A stretch of 64,000 bases of DNA from Octopus vulgaris (GCA_951406725.2 OX597819.1:80228001-80292000), one strand, 5' to 3'; counted from the stretch's first letter, positions 13,836 through 28,074 are shown. Numbers and translations: made by a program. Notes: generated from the sequence alone by a model not told the origin.

Positions 13836-15505
13836 TTCGGTCTAACAATTTCACTTACAATGCAACGATCGGCATGAGACAAATGTATATAGTTACCCAA
13901 TGTGTCGCGCAGTGGGAATAAATCCGTAACCATATGACTGCAATGCAAACTTCCAACCGAATAGCCATGCATGCATGTATGGATTTTTCTGTTTTCTTTT
14001 TTTCTTTTTCTTAGTTAATTTGGCTTCAGACTACTCCTGATCGCGCTGACATTTGATTAAATACTTTCCATATATAATCATCTGCTGTTTTGCTTTTCAG
14101 GCAATGTGCTTCTAAAACCACATTAGCTAATGACAGCCGGATGTGATTGGTGGCCCATTTAATTGCTTTTTGTACAGACTGAGGTAACGTGTGGCAGTAA
14201 TGTAAGAAAATTTTCTCTATGTTGTTCAAGTTATCACCTTTTACACTGAGAAAGATGTCTTCCTCCATCAGTTCCAAAAATGAAAAGTAAAAGACACTGT
14301 TGCCTATCTAAGAAATACATGGAAGTTAGACGCAGAAACTGAATAGAGATCTAAAGGATCTAGAAGGAAACGAGATGTAGGAGTAATGTTTTTTTCTTTC
14401 TTTTTTTTTTTTATTATTACCAAGAAGCCATCCTTGAGTAAGCAGTTCTAATATGAAAGACATTCCATTGACTTTCTTTTAGAACTGTTTTATGCTCACA
14501 GGCGTATATAGCCGGGACGGTTGCGACTGTTTTTAATATATTTAGGACCATTTTAGCTCAAGTAATTTTCCCTTTTAAGTATTTTGAAAAATCATTACCA
14601 TTTGTTTTCAGGAAATTTGGCTCCTCTTTCTAGCAATTTGAATAACTGCGTTGAAGATCCGACTGGCAAATGCTGGCCTTGAGGCATGCGGCTGTGTTGT
14701 GGAGAATGTGTTAGTGCTGTAAAGCGAAATTTGAATAAGTATGATATTATAGAAGAGGAAAATATGAATAGATTCATGGTCTAAGGAAAGGGAAGAGAGT
14801 GAGAAAAGAAATGAGGAAAGAGGTGAAGCGGGAGAGAAGACGAAAGATAGTGACAGTAAGAGAGAGGTGGAGTGTGAGAGAGACGTAAAGAGCTGGGGAA
14901 TTACATACATTAATATATAGAAGGATACAGTAAGGAGAGGTAAAGCCAATAGATGTGTAGAATGACAAGGAAGAAAGCAAAGGTAAGATAATAAAGGTTA
15001 AAAAATGAAAAGAAAAGGGGAGATAAAGAGGACGAGAGAAGTGTATAGCAGAAATTTTGTAAAACCACACACACACACACATACAGAAACACCCACACAC
15101 ACACATATAGATATAGGCATATGCATAAATACAAACACACATACACAATACACACGCATACACATATGCATAGATATAGATATAAAAATAAAGTTAGTAT
15201 ATACAATTTTTATATATATTTATATATACAATTTATGTATATACTTTTACATATATATGTGTGTATGTATGTATATATATATATCTACATATACATAACT
15301 ATATATATATATATACTTATGTATATGTATGTATATGTGTGTATATATATATATATATACACGATTGTATATATGTGCATGTGTGTGTATGTGTGTATGT
15401 GTATATATATATAGTTATACATATATTTAAGATAGTATTTTTTTGTGTGTGTATATATATATATATACATGCATACATCTACATTTATATATACTTGTGT
15501 GTGTT

Positions 15506-15538
<33 letters not shown>

Positions 15539-16245
15539 AACGCATGCAAATGCTGTGTTCTCAGCAATATCCTATGTATTTGAACGTCACCGCTCACCTC
15601 TGACTCGTTCTCAAGCAGCTAAGTCTAACGTATGTTTCCTTTTGATACGCCATTATTGTCTCCTTTATGCCTACAAGAACCGACAACTCATCTTTTCCTA
15701 TACAGAGCTACATAGAAGTCTTTGATTGTTGACATTCCACTAAAATAAAGCGATAAAGTTGGTAAGGTTTTTCCAAAAGGGCATTAGAAATACTGTCCTT
15801 GGATTGAATGTAGGACGAAACTAGAACTTACCAATTGGTGAAGATGAATGGAAATATCGAATCATGGATTAAAGATAGAAAGGTAATAAAATGAAGTATG
15901 GCTGTTGTAATATCCAACTATCATGAGAAAGAAAATGTATTTCAACCTTCGTTAATGAGAATATATGAATAGTTTCTTGAGTTATCATCTGTATTCTGTT
16001 TAATGTCTCGGTCTTTACGTAAGCAGTATATGCGCCATGTGTATGTACGATATACGCACACACACATATATGTACAAATATACTTATGGCTATACGTATG
16101 TATATAAATACACTTATACATATATATGTATTATATCAGTATGTATGTAAATATGCACGTATAAATACGTAATTATGTACACGTACATATACATGCGTAG
16201 ATGTGCATATATATATACATCTATATTTATCTACCTCTCTTTCTC

Positions 16246-16345
<100 letters not shown>

Positions 16346-16940
16346 CATATTTACATACATACTTACATACATACAATACATCCATACAAACATTGTACAT
16401 TCCGATTTTTATGACTAAGGTATCAATCTACTGATTATATTTATATTGATGCTTTGTTTTTCGTAAGTCCGTCTCCTTCGGTTTCTTAATTGTTACTTCA
16501 TTATATAATCATAGAATAGAGAGTATAACGATTTTGATGAGATAGCTTTGGGAGAAATACTTCAATACTGCAATGTATCTGCTTGTTTGGCGCCCAAGTG
16601 TTTTGAATTCAAAAATTTTGGATCAAAGTGCTCATCTTTTTGAAGTATTATTTGCGATTTTCTTCAAGTGTTTCGTCAAGTTTCTAAGGATAATGAGCGA
16701 ATATGTCAGATGTCGATGACTGAATTATAGTTTAACAGATAGAAAGCTTGCAAGCCGAGAGTACATAGCTTGAACTAATGATTGTGCTACATATCATTCC
16801 TTTGAAAAATTCCTATGTCAAAAAGAAAGCTGCTACTCCTGTATAGTAAAGCCTTGAAGAAATAGAAGCCAATAGGAATTGTAGAACGGACACGCACCAT
16901 ACATACACCGCACACAGCGGCATATATGCGTGCGTGTGCG

Positions 16941-16983
<43 letters not shown>

Positions 16984-17119
16984 ATGCATGTATGTATGTA
17001 TGTATGTATGTATGTATGTATGTATGTATGTATGTATGTATGTATGTATATACAAAACACACATACACAAACATACATGTATCTGCTAATTCATCAGAAG
17101 TGATACGTTATAGGATTCA

Positions 17120-17218
<99 letters not shown>

Positions 17219-17239
17219 GATAGATATATAGATAGATAC

Positions 17240-17309
<70 letters not shown>

Positions 17310-17424
17310 GGAAAGACAGATGGATAGATATATAGATATAGATAGATAGATAGATAGATAGATAGAAAGATAGACATACATATATATATATATATATTTA
17401 TACAGAGGGAGAGAGAGAGAAGAT

Positions 17425-17462
<38 letters not shown>

Positions 17463-17482
17463 TGAGATATGGAAGTGAGTTC

Positions 17483-17773
17483 GGGTACGTGGTTTAATTG
17501 GTAAGGTATTCGAGTCATGATCTTAAAGTCGTGAGTCCTATCCCGTGCGGCACGTTTTTTCTTTGAGCAAGACATATTATTTCGTTTTTGTTTCAGTTCA
17601 CTCAGCCAGCTGAAATGAATTGTACATGTCATATTCCGAGTCATGCTGAATTTCACTGAGAACTACGGTAAGAGTACAGGTCTCTGTGGAGTGCTCAGCC
17701 ACTTGCACAGTAATCTTACGAGCATGTAGTTCTTTTGACCGGATTAATTGGAACAATCACCGTCGTAACCGAC
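17483..17773 (+). mobile_element. tRNA-derived SINE (family B), diverged
   Basis: It aligns by eye with 25552-25865 and 42310-42625 (ttgagcaagaca...cactcagc...gtggagtgctcagccacttgcac...cgtcgtaaccgac). Confidence 0.8.
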
Positions 17774-18585
17774 TCTACCCTGTACTCTTCTCTCTCTCCC
17801 ACTTTCGTTTTCTCTCTCTTCCTTTCTCTAATTCGTTTTTCTCCCCTTCAACGTTTTCTGTCTGACTCTCTCTAGCTCTATCTTTCTCCTTTACACTTTC
17901 TCGTTGCTCGCACTTGACCATCGTCCATCTTTCTTTTCCTCACGTGATCATCTTTCTTTTCTTCAGTCTGATTACAGACCAGATGCATTCTTATCTGTCT
18001 CCTCTTTTATCTTTTCTCTTGTCAAAGACAATATTCCATTCCTCCAGTGTTCGCTACCTTACCTCGTCTGGCCTAACGGCCCTCCATGTTTGTTTTCGTT
18101 TGGTTTGTTGTATGTCTCCACTGTCCTGTTTTTATTACCAACTTTAACCGTCCGCAAATCCCAAATTTCAATTTCGTTCGTGGGAGCAACTGCCTTTTCG
18201 AAGCCTCACATTGTCGTTAATTGCTCGAAATGATGAGCAGTTGGACAGCCGACAACTGACGATGGGTCGTTTTTTAAGTTAACTTGTCTTGTTTTCCATT
18301 TGTTTCTCTCGCTGTTCGCATACAAAAGTTTGTCTTCGTATTTCCATTTTCCTGGAACCTCATATCTACCCCAAAACAAAAACAAAAACAAAAAACATGT
18401 TTTATATCAATAAACAACCTGTTTGTACATTCACATAAAACTTTTTTATTTGACAAGTTCGAAAAACGAACGAAAGCGCAAATAATGACTAAATAAAAAC
18501 ATTCCTGAAATTCTGGCGACCTCCTCTTTCCTCAATATTCAATATCTGTATACCACTTCTAATACACACACACACTCTCTCCCTT

Positions 18586-18654
<69 letters not shown>

Positions 18655-18945
18655 CAGATGTGCAATGGTGCACCCACTTCTTCTGAGCTGCTGTATCTTC
18701 GTCTGTGCCATTAAATCATTGTCTCCGAAGACTGTCCTTCATTGGACTGAGCAGGTGGAAATTGGAGGAAACATATGCAAGTAGTACGGTGGATTGGAGA
18801 ACCACTGACCAGTCTAATTTACTAATTGTATGATTTGTTTCCAAAAGTAGCTTTTGTCTCTGTGAAAAAGCTTGGACCGCTCCTTTGTCCCGAAATTCTA
18901 TGACTGTACGTTGTTTCTGTTTGGAACCCATTATCTGTTTTACAA
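18655..18945 (-). mobile_element. Internally deleted mariner-like transposase remnant
   Basis: The minus-strand ORF 18716-18931 joins an N-terminal-like KQRTVIEF to a C-terminal-like LDWSVVLQS...SNFHLLSPMKDSLRRQ. Compare mariner LGWxVLPHPPYSPDLAPSDFHLFGPMK..LRG. Confidence 0.6.
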
Positions 18946-20528
18946 AAAGAAGATGAGGAGGAGGAGGAGGAGGAGGAAGAAGGGGAACAGGAGGAGGATG
19001 GGAGAAATAGCAGTTAAAGTACAGGAGAAGTTAAAACAATTTGAAGGACCTATATCACCTACCATAAAAAAGGTTCTTGCATCATTGCATTATTTTTGTT
19101 ACAACTTTCACAAGTATATGCATGTATGTTTGTATGTATGAGTGTGCATGCATGTATATAATACACATAACCAGCATAATGCTGGTACATATATACACAA
19201 ATAACAAACGCAAGTCATAAACAGAAATAACCTACTAGTTGATATTAATGATCAAAAATCCAAATCCCATCTACCAGTCAACAATCCAAATTCCATCGGT
19301 TATGTCTGCATCAATAAAAATTACCCCACTTCCGCTTCTAGTGTGTAGAATATTCAATACGTCAAAAATTTGTATTGTATGATATTTAATATACTCTTAG
19401 CCGATTTGTTGTACAAATTACCTAGTCTATAAATGTGTTCTCTCTGTTTTGAATATATCTACGTGTTACGTCCGCTAGATATAAGTTCGCATTACTGCTG
19501 CGCTGATGACGTTAATTGAAGCACAAATACCTCTCTACGGTTGTCCTCGTGTCTCCTGAAAATCAAACTGTCAACTATGGAGTAATTTTAATTCTTGAAA
19601 TTATCTTCAACTACTATCTGTCTAACTCTCAGAAAGGAGGCAACAAAGACTACCACTTACTCTGCTTTAAAGTCTATTTTCCACTGCAATGCGTTCTCCC
19701 TAACACTTACCAAAATTTTTCCAATCGGCTTAAGGTACTTGATTAAGAGTAAATTTGCTCTTAAGACGTCTATCACGATTTACTTCACTCGAAAGTCATA
19801 GTTTAATACACAACGCTTGCGCTCTTTACTTCTACTAGTTTTTTTCTTCTTTCACGTTTGTTTTCCTTCCATGTCAGTAAAGGTGTAAAACCTATTCTAA
19901 CCAAAATTCCCCTCTAAAAGTGATTTAATCTCAATCTGAGGGAAACGAAAAGAAAATAAATTCCCAAGTAAAAACAGTAAAATCTCCAAAGCTCCAAAAG
20001 ATCATCTACTTTCTAACCTTTTCAAACAACCAGCTCTACGGAAACTAACTCACCTCATTATACAAAATGTGTCTTGTATCCGGGAGATGTTCAGAGAAAT
20101 ATTATCGATTCCATCAAAATTTGTGAAGATATCTTGCATCACAAATATTCATTCATTACGTAAATTACTGGAAGTTTGCTACATCAGCGGACTGATTATA
20201 GCTTAGCAGGCCGAAACTTGGAAGACACTATCCATATTAGTTTGAGAAGTGTAGAAATCGCACCTTTATAATATTGGAAGTGACTATGTGGTTATCTAGG
20301 GAGGGTATTGAGTTCTTTGTTCATTGAGATAGTGCATATCAGAGCTAAATTGTGGATACGAATATAACAGCTATGTGTACAAGGTTGAGGGAGAAAAAAT
20401 CGTACGATATAGTACGTTTACGGGTAACGTTTATTGAGTATGTATACAAAAGCTTCTAATATCAACTAGCAATTTTAAGGGGTTGCACCGTGTGCTGTGC
20501 CTATATAATGTAGTAGTAGTAGTAGTAT

Positions 20529-20610
<82 letters not shown>

Positions 20611-20611
<1 letters not shown>

Positions 20612-20965
20612 ACAAACTATGCTGGATCTTATATATATATATATATATATAGCATGCCCAGTTGACGACAAGGTATGCGATAAGGAACAATGAAAGTTGA
20701 GAGATATGACAGGTTAGCTTGGGAAGTTAAGCAGCTGTAGTCAATGAAAAAGGGAGCAGTAGCTCCAATAATTGCCGGAGCCCTGGGAGCAATGAGTAAA
20801 AATTTCGAGAAGTACGTGGAACAAATAGGGGCTGCAATAAGGGTGGAACACTTGCAGAAAACAGCACTGCTTGGAACCGCTCGAATATGAGGTGTTACCT
20901 TAGTTCGCTGGTAGTGAACAGCTGACACTGTAGTACATCTCCACCGTTAGAAGCTGTGCAAAGGC
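20611..20965 (+). mobile_element. 3' end of an R4/Dong-type RLE LINE
   Basis: It translates as ...ACPVDDKVCDKEQ/KVERYDRLAWEVKQL*SMKKGAVAPIIAGALGAMSKNFEKYVEQIG...LQKTALLGTARI. It is followed by a (TAA)n tail from 20966 and preceded by (TAG)n. Confidence 0.85.
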
Positions 20966-21091
<126 letters not shown>

Positions 21092-21102
21092 AATAATAAT
21101 AA

Positions 21103-21550
21103 ATATTCTGCTCAATACCACAGATTTGCTTGTCAGTTGTTTGACCATAACCAGTTGAGCATGTCCCTTAGTGGCTGACAATATGTGCATCTCTGATCAC
21201 GAACGGAAGTAGTGGGGGAGCATCATAGCCATGTGTTGAGAGGGATTTTATGGAGTTTGAATAATTCACCTCTGGAAACATAGGTGTATCATTCAACATC
21301 CTTAAATAACCCTTATTCAAGGACCTTTTGAGCGGGATGGGTTACTCGACCAGAAGAAAATTCTAACTGGGCCCCACCTGCAAGGTCATGCGCTGTTTAT
21401 CTTCATATGAGATCACCATGTCGCGCACATATGGTTGTGATGCATGTGCCTGGTGTACCCTTATCAGACGGGTAGTCATGATGGGTATACTGGGCTTCGT
21501 ATATTTTACCCCAGTGTCACTTTGATGGCATGCACTGCTCTCTCACTCAG
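21103..21550 (+). mobile_element. Unassigned ~450-bp insertion bounded by (TAA)n on both sides, probably a retroelement 3' UTR or a non-autonomous element
   Basis: High-complexity, GC-richer sequence sits between (taa/tga)n at 20966-21102 and (taa)n at 21551-21633. It has no credible ORF and the orientation is inferred only from the TAA tail. Confidence 0.5.
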
Positions 21551-21576
21551 TAATAATAATAATAATAATAATAATA

Positions 21577-21633
<57 letters not shown>

Positions 21634-21634
<1 letters not shown>

Positions 21635-21965
21635 GACACAATTTATAATAAAAATACAAAGACCTGGAAATAGAGGTAACTAGAATGTGGAATCTGAAAA
21701 CAGAAACAATTCCTATCATAGTAGGTGCATTAGGCATGATAAAAAAATATTCAGACAAATACATAACAAAAACACCAGGACTTACAAACACATATAACAT
21801 ACAGAAAATTGCACTACTGGGCACTGCACACATCCTACGCAGAACACTTTCCATACAATAACCATCAGAGCATCACAACAAATCACAGCACAAACCCAAG
21901 GCACACAGAGCTGTGCTCGGTAGTGAAGTGAAAGCACGCTATAAAAATAAAAATAAAACTACTGA
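21634..21965 (+). mobile_element. 3' end of a Dong-like (R4 clade) LINE in (TAA)n
   Basis: The open frame KYKDLEIEVTRMWNLKTETIPIIVGALGMIKK...IQKIALLGTAHILRRTLSIQ* is followed by a short UTR and (taa)n. There is also (taa)n upstream. Confidence 0.9.
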
Positions 21966-22151
21966 ATAATAATAATAATAATAATAATAATCCATGGATG
22001 GAATTTATGAATATCTTGATGACCGCAACACGCGATTCCACAAATTATGATATGTGGAAACATGTGTAACTATGCATTAAAATATAAACTCTATCAATGG
22101 ATTATTATTATTATTATTATTATCATTATTACGTATACATTTATATAATTA

Positions 22152-22276
<125 letters not shown>

Positions 22277-22425
22277 GTATATATATAGATACAAGCACTT
22301 TTTTTATATGTATATGGTTATATCTGAAGACATTCAAATCCCTATATGGTCATGAACCAATATCCCTGTTCTCTTGTTAAAGTTCATTTTGCCCGGCGTG
22401 CTAACGATTCTGCCAGCTCACCGGC

Positions 22426-22465
<40 letters not shown>

Positions 22466-22479
22466 TAATAATAATAATA

Positions 22480-22521
<42 letters not shown>

Positions 22522-23267
22522 ATAACAAAAACAACAACAATAATAATAGTAATATATGATATAATATAGATAATATATCATATACAATATATATATATAT
22601 ATATATAAAGATAGATAGATAGATAGATAGAATTTATAGATAGAAAGATAGATAGATGGATAGATAGAGAGATAGATATACATATACACATCCATATATA
22701 CATACATATATATACGCGCACGCACACACACATACACACACGCGCACATATATACACAGACGGGCGCGCGCGCACACACACACACCACACACTAACATAT
22801 ACATATTCAGAAAATGAAAGACAGAAATAGATGGGACTAAACAGAAAGGCCATCACAGCACCACGTAGGTATGAAATACGGAGACATACAAGATTAAACT
22901 CTCCTTTAACATAGCCATTACTTGTTTCCTTAGTGCAACAGTGTAATTCTGAATGAGATGGAAGAAATTATGATCATAAAAAGAAATGCCAAAAAATAAA
23001 AAAATAAAAAATGAAATAAATAAAATAAAATAAATAAAACGTAGGAGAAAGAAAATGAAAGAAATGTATTAGATAAAAACGTAGACGAGAATAGAAAGAA
23101 AAATCATTGATCAGAATGCATTTGTTTCTGACATAGCTGCATTACGAGATATTAAAATATTATTAATATCGTATGACACAAAGACTACACACGCACAAAT
23201 ACATACACACGCAGTCGCTTGCTTGTACATGAATATATGTGTGTGACTACGTGCACGTAGTTGTACC

Positions 23268-23365
<98 letters not shown>

Positions 23366-23384
23366 TTCCTATACACATATGTAA

Positions 23385-23432
<48 letters not shown>

Positions 23433-23614
23433 GTTTATATATATCTATCATCATTAATAATGTATTTATATATAAATATTAATGTACATATGACACATAT
23501 TTATATATATATATATGTAGATGTATTTACATATATCTCCATATATTGCATGCATAAATATATGTGTGTGTATTTGTCATTACAACAGGAATTGAAAGCT
23601 ATATATGTATGTGT

Positions 23615-23657
<43 letters not shown>

Positions 23658-23986
23658 CACCCATGTACGTATTTATATTTTCATGTGTATTGTATTTTCA
23701 TTATGATCTTCCATACCTTATTTTCTACAGCATCTCCTTGATATATTATTGTATTACAAGGTAAAGATCTCGACATATACCTTTTATTGTTGTAGTAGCT
23801 GTGTGTTGTTGCAGCTGTTTTGTAATTGTAGTCGTTGTTCTTGTTCTTGTTGGTATAGTTACGTTTCATTCCATTTTTTTCATTGCGTGTGTGTGTGCGC
23901 GTGTATGTTCATATGTGTGTATGATGCAAATATAAGTATGGTTTTATATATACATATATATATATATACATATATATATATATGTA

Positions 23987-24050
<64 letters not shown>

Positions 24051-24938
24051 TATACATATATATATACATACATATATCAGTGTCTATGTGTGTATATGTC
24101 TCTGTCTGTCCATGTATTGCCATTATCAAGTTATGATATTTATTAGTTCTCTATTTTCTTCTGCAATTGAAAAGCAATTCTTTCTTCTTGTTTTGTTTCT
24201 TTTTCTTTCTCTCTTTTATTTTTTGTTCATTTATTTCCTTATTTTTTTTTTTCACTATGAAAGGTAAGAGATATAAAAACAAGAGAGAACAGTAATAGGT
24301 TTCTAGATTTCTCCAGAAAGATTAATCTATCGTATCAGTTAGATGCTATTATTATTGTTGATGATGATCTTCCCGTTCTTTCGTTTTTGTTAGGTCTTTT
24401 GTATTTTATATTATATTTTACTCAATATTATTCTGTCTTTTTTTTTTATATTAAGGAATAGAAGATGGTTAAAATAATGAAGAAAAATGAATAATAAGAT
24501 GTTAAGTATAAATGCCTTTAACATTTATAGCAAAAGAGAGAATAGGGCAGGAGGAAGAAAAAATATTGTAAGTTAGATATAGAAAAGGAATTACATCAGG
24601 TCGAACTTTTTAGTGGTAAGGTTTGATCAACATTATGTCATCATGATAATTTCGGTGTATGTTGTGTCCATTCATAGGAATTTCCTATGTGTTTATGTCT
24701 TTGTGAGTAAATGTATAAGTCATATGTGACTCAACTTGAATAAATGCTTTAATATTTCCTACAGATAGCTTATGGCACTCGCGTGATATGCGGGTGTATG
24801 TTTACAGTGTGTGGGAAGAATGGTGGGGAGTAAAGTGGGTGTTCGTATGGTATCAGTAAAGGAAATGGTTACTAAGTAAAGAACTAAAACAGCATACATG
24901 CATGGATTCGTTATGCATGTAGATACGCACTTATAGAG

Positions 24939-24973
<35 letters not shown>

Positions 24974-25162
24974 CATAAATATATACATACGTATAGGTAG
25001 CCATTCATACCTATATATATATATATAGATGGACAGATAGATAGGTAGAAAGATGTATAAATAAAAAGATAGTTTCTTAGATAGTATCTAACAATCGATA
25101 GATAGATAGATTCATACATACATATATGCATGCATAAATACATACATACATACATACATACA

Positions 25163-25196
<34 letters not shown>

Positions 25197-25456
25197 CATA
25201 CATACATACATACATACATACATACATACATACATACATAGAATGAAAATGTTGATAATGATTTCGAAGTCACACGGATTATTAGCTTTGTCAGAAAGAC
25301 TGGAACATGGTGGTAGAATTCTTGAACCTAAAGAAGTGTATGGGTTAAATAAGCATTCTTTTGTATGTATATTAGCCTCATATGCATACATATCTGTATT
25401 TATACACACATATGTAGTGCATTAGTGCATAGGTATATGTATATATATATTATATG

Positions 25457-25505
<49 letters not shown>

Positions 25506-25551
25506 GCATGTGCTTGTGTGTGTGTGTGAATATATATAATATATATGTGAA

Positions 25552-25865
25552 GGCGCGTGGCTTAGTGGTTAGAGGCATTTGGCTCATGTAAGGTCGTGAC
25601 TTCAATTCCCCGGCGGCGCGTTGCGTCCTTGAGCAAGACACTTTATTTCACTTTGCTCCAGTCTACTCAGCTGGCAAACATGAGTAGTGTCTGTATTTAA
25701 AAGAGCCAGCCTTGTCACACTCCGTGTCACGCTGAATCTCCCCGAGAACTACGTTGAGGATACACGTGTTTGTGGGGTGCTCAGCCACTTGCACGTTAAT
25801 TTCACGAGCAAACTGTTCTGTTAATCGTATCAGCTGGGACCTTCGTCGTCGTAACCGACGGAGTG
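25552..25865 (+). mobile_element. tRNA-derived SINE (family B), near full length
   Basis: It has the A-box-like tggcttagtgg, the B-box-like cttcaattccc, gtccttgagcaagacac and the tail cttcgtcgtcgtaaccgacggagt. It is highly similar to 42310-42625. Confidence 0.9.
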
Positions 25866-25884
25866 GTCCTAAATATACATACAT

Positions 25885-25936
<52 letters not shown>

Positions 25937-27000
25937 GATGAATCATCCAGGCGAATACCGTATCATCTCACAAAATGGTATAGATAACGACTATCCACCG
26001 TAGCCCAATTACATAGTACTCAAGCTTAAATATATACTGGTACTTGTAATCTTCTCTTGTTGAGTAGTTCCTTGTCCCTATTCAGTAGAAACATATATTG
26101 GTCATTGTTATATATGGTGTAGAAAACCATTGTCATATATGGTGTAAAAATGTAAGCAAATTTAAATTGAATATTTCAAGAAAAGTTTCATTAGTTACAT
26201 AATTTCGAATGCCTGACAATCCAAATTTAAGTAGCGTTGATATTGCTATTATTTTGAAGGTAGTCAAAGATATAGGGAGAGATTATTTACAATTACGTAA
26301 TTAAACATCGTTTTTATAAACAAATTCTTGATTAAACTTCCTTTTCACAGCTGTTAAGCAGTATCTCGAAGATACTAAAATTCTAAACCGCTCCGAAGAC
26401 AATAAAAAAAATCATGGAAGGAAAAACAATGATAGAAAATAAACGATCGTTGATATACTGAAGGCCATTAAATCTGATGCAATGCGTAACGAATAAAACA
26501 TTTAACAGGAAATTCTTCCGAAATCAATCAAATATTTGGAGAGAGATCAAGGAACAGTCGATATAAAACGGAGGAAATTTTCTCAGGAGGATAAGATTCA
26601 TGCTGGAGATATATCAGTAGTGAGAAAAAATGTCTGACCAAGTTGCAATAAGGTTAGAAGAAATCCTAATGAAGTATTATACCTGAATTACATAATACAA
26701 ATACATAATAAAAATGGAAATTACATAGCAAAAATGTGAATTACATAACAATAATGGAAATATCTTTTACAATGTAATAGAAAAACATCGGCTTGGGAAG
26801 GCTTCATAAGCGGGAGTGACAGTCGGCTACAAGTTCAAAAAGCATCCTTTTATTTTTAAAATCTTATCAATCTCTATCAGCAAGCTTCGGTGGCCATATC
26901 AGTATTTCAAACTACGTAGCATTGTTACAAACAAATATGATACATACCACCATAAATACATACATACATACATACATACATACATACATACATACACATA

Positions 27001-27435
27001 AAGCTGCAGATCAGACAACAAGAATACCTACTCTGAAGTATTGAGAAATCTGCAGTAACTCTATCAGGTTTATACCTGTAATTATTGGGGTATTACCAAA
27101 CTTGAGAAATTAGGCTTCTCACAAAACAAGGAAGGAGAAAGCTGATTCGAAGACTACAGATCCAATCCAGTAATGGAGCTGTAAAAATCTGCAAAGCTTT
27201 CCAGAAATTTATCACTTAAGTATATATGAGTATGTCTAGATATGCAAATATATGCATGAGAATACACACATAAAACAAAACCTACAAATCTGCACGTATT
27301 TATACATACATACAAAAATACCCTGTTGATGTTGAAATTCCAATGAAGGAGCCTGGAATTTAGGTTAGAAACCTGCTCTTCGTCTATTGGCAAGAAATCT
27401 TTTAAAAAAAACAAAAAACAACAACTGAATAATGA
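27001..27435 (+). mobile_element. Short 3' fragment of the R4-type LINE at 33797-34920, inserted in (TACA)n
   Basis: It is colinear with about 34473-34920 (tactctgaa...gaaattaggcttctc...gaagactacagatccaa...tgtctagatatgcaaatatatgca...taggttagaaacc...ctattggcaagaa...ctgaataatgacat). There is (taca)n on both flanks. Confidence 0.9.
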
Positions 27436-28074
27436 CATGCATACATTCATACATACATACATACATACATACATACATACATACATACATACATACATAC
27501 ATACAAGTGCTTCTTAGGATTCAAAGAATGATGAACAAAACAAAATACATTACTTCGCAGATAGATAGATACGTACATACATATATACATACATACATGT
27601 GTACATATTATGTCGATAAATAAATATGATAAATATGCACTATATCAATATTTTCGTAGAGAGAGAAAATGCTTTTCTTTTCGCCAAGAAATATTTATTT
27701 TGTTTCAGAGTATTTACCGTAAATTTAGGACTTCCATAATCCCTGTAACATTTTATAACGACACATTTCTTTGCTGAATTTAGCATTAAGAGAACCTGTT
27801 ACCAATTGTGCAGTAAATTATCGTACTATAAATATACACCTATTATCCTCACTCGCTGCCCATCAGCAAAAATGTCAAAAAGTAGCTCATCACCATAGCG
27901 AAGACTATATGACGACGGTGTTAGAGGATGGGGGTTGGAAGGCTTAAGATTAATTCGTTGAGAAATATGGGATCCATTCTGAATGTTTCAAATAAGTTAA
28001 TGTGATTAGAAAGTTGAGATCCTTGCTATATATTTCCTTCAAAACTGGTCTTCAGTTTCTACAAGAGATAAATC

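Noticed and set aside
14026-14277. 83-aa minus-strand ORF and a plus-strand AG...GT bracketed segment at 14101-14182
   Set aside because: The ORF has no recognisable motif or proper acceptor, and the plus-strand segment has stops in all three frames.
14611-14710. Possible exon after tttgttttcag
   Set aside because: It has stops in all three frames and a weak donor.
18229-18259. ATGATGA...CTGA resembling box C/D snoRNA motifs around a small hairpin
   Set aside because: It spans only ~30 nt with no room for a guide sequence, so it is likely chance.
25243-25400. Short unique insert between microsatellites encoding ...LEPKEVYGLNK, vaguely like a GIY-YIG C-terminus
   Set aside because: It is too short and the similarity is too weak to support a call.
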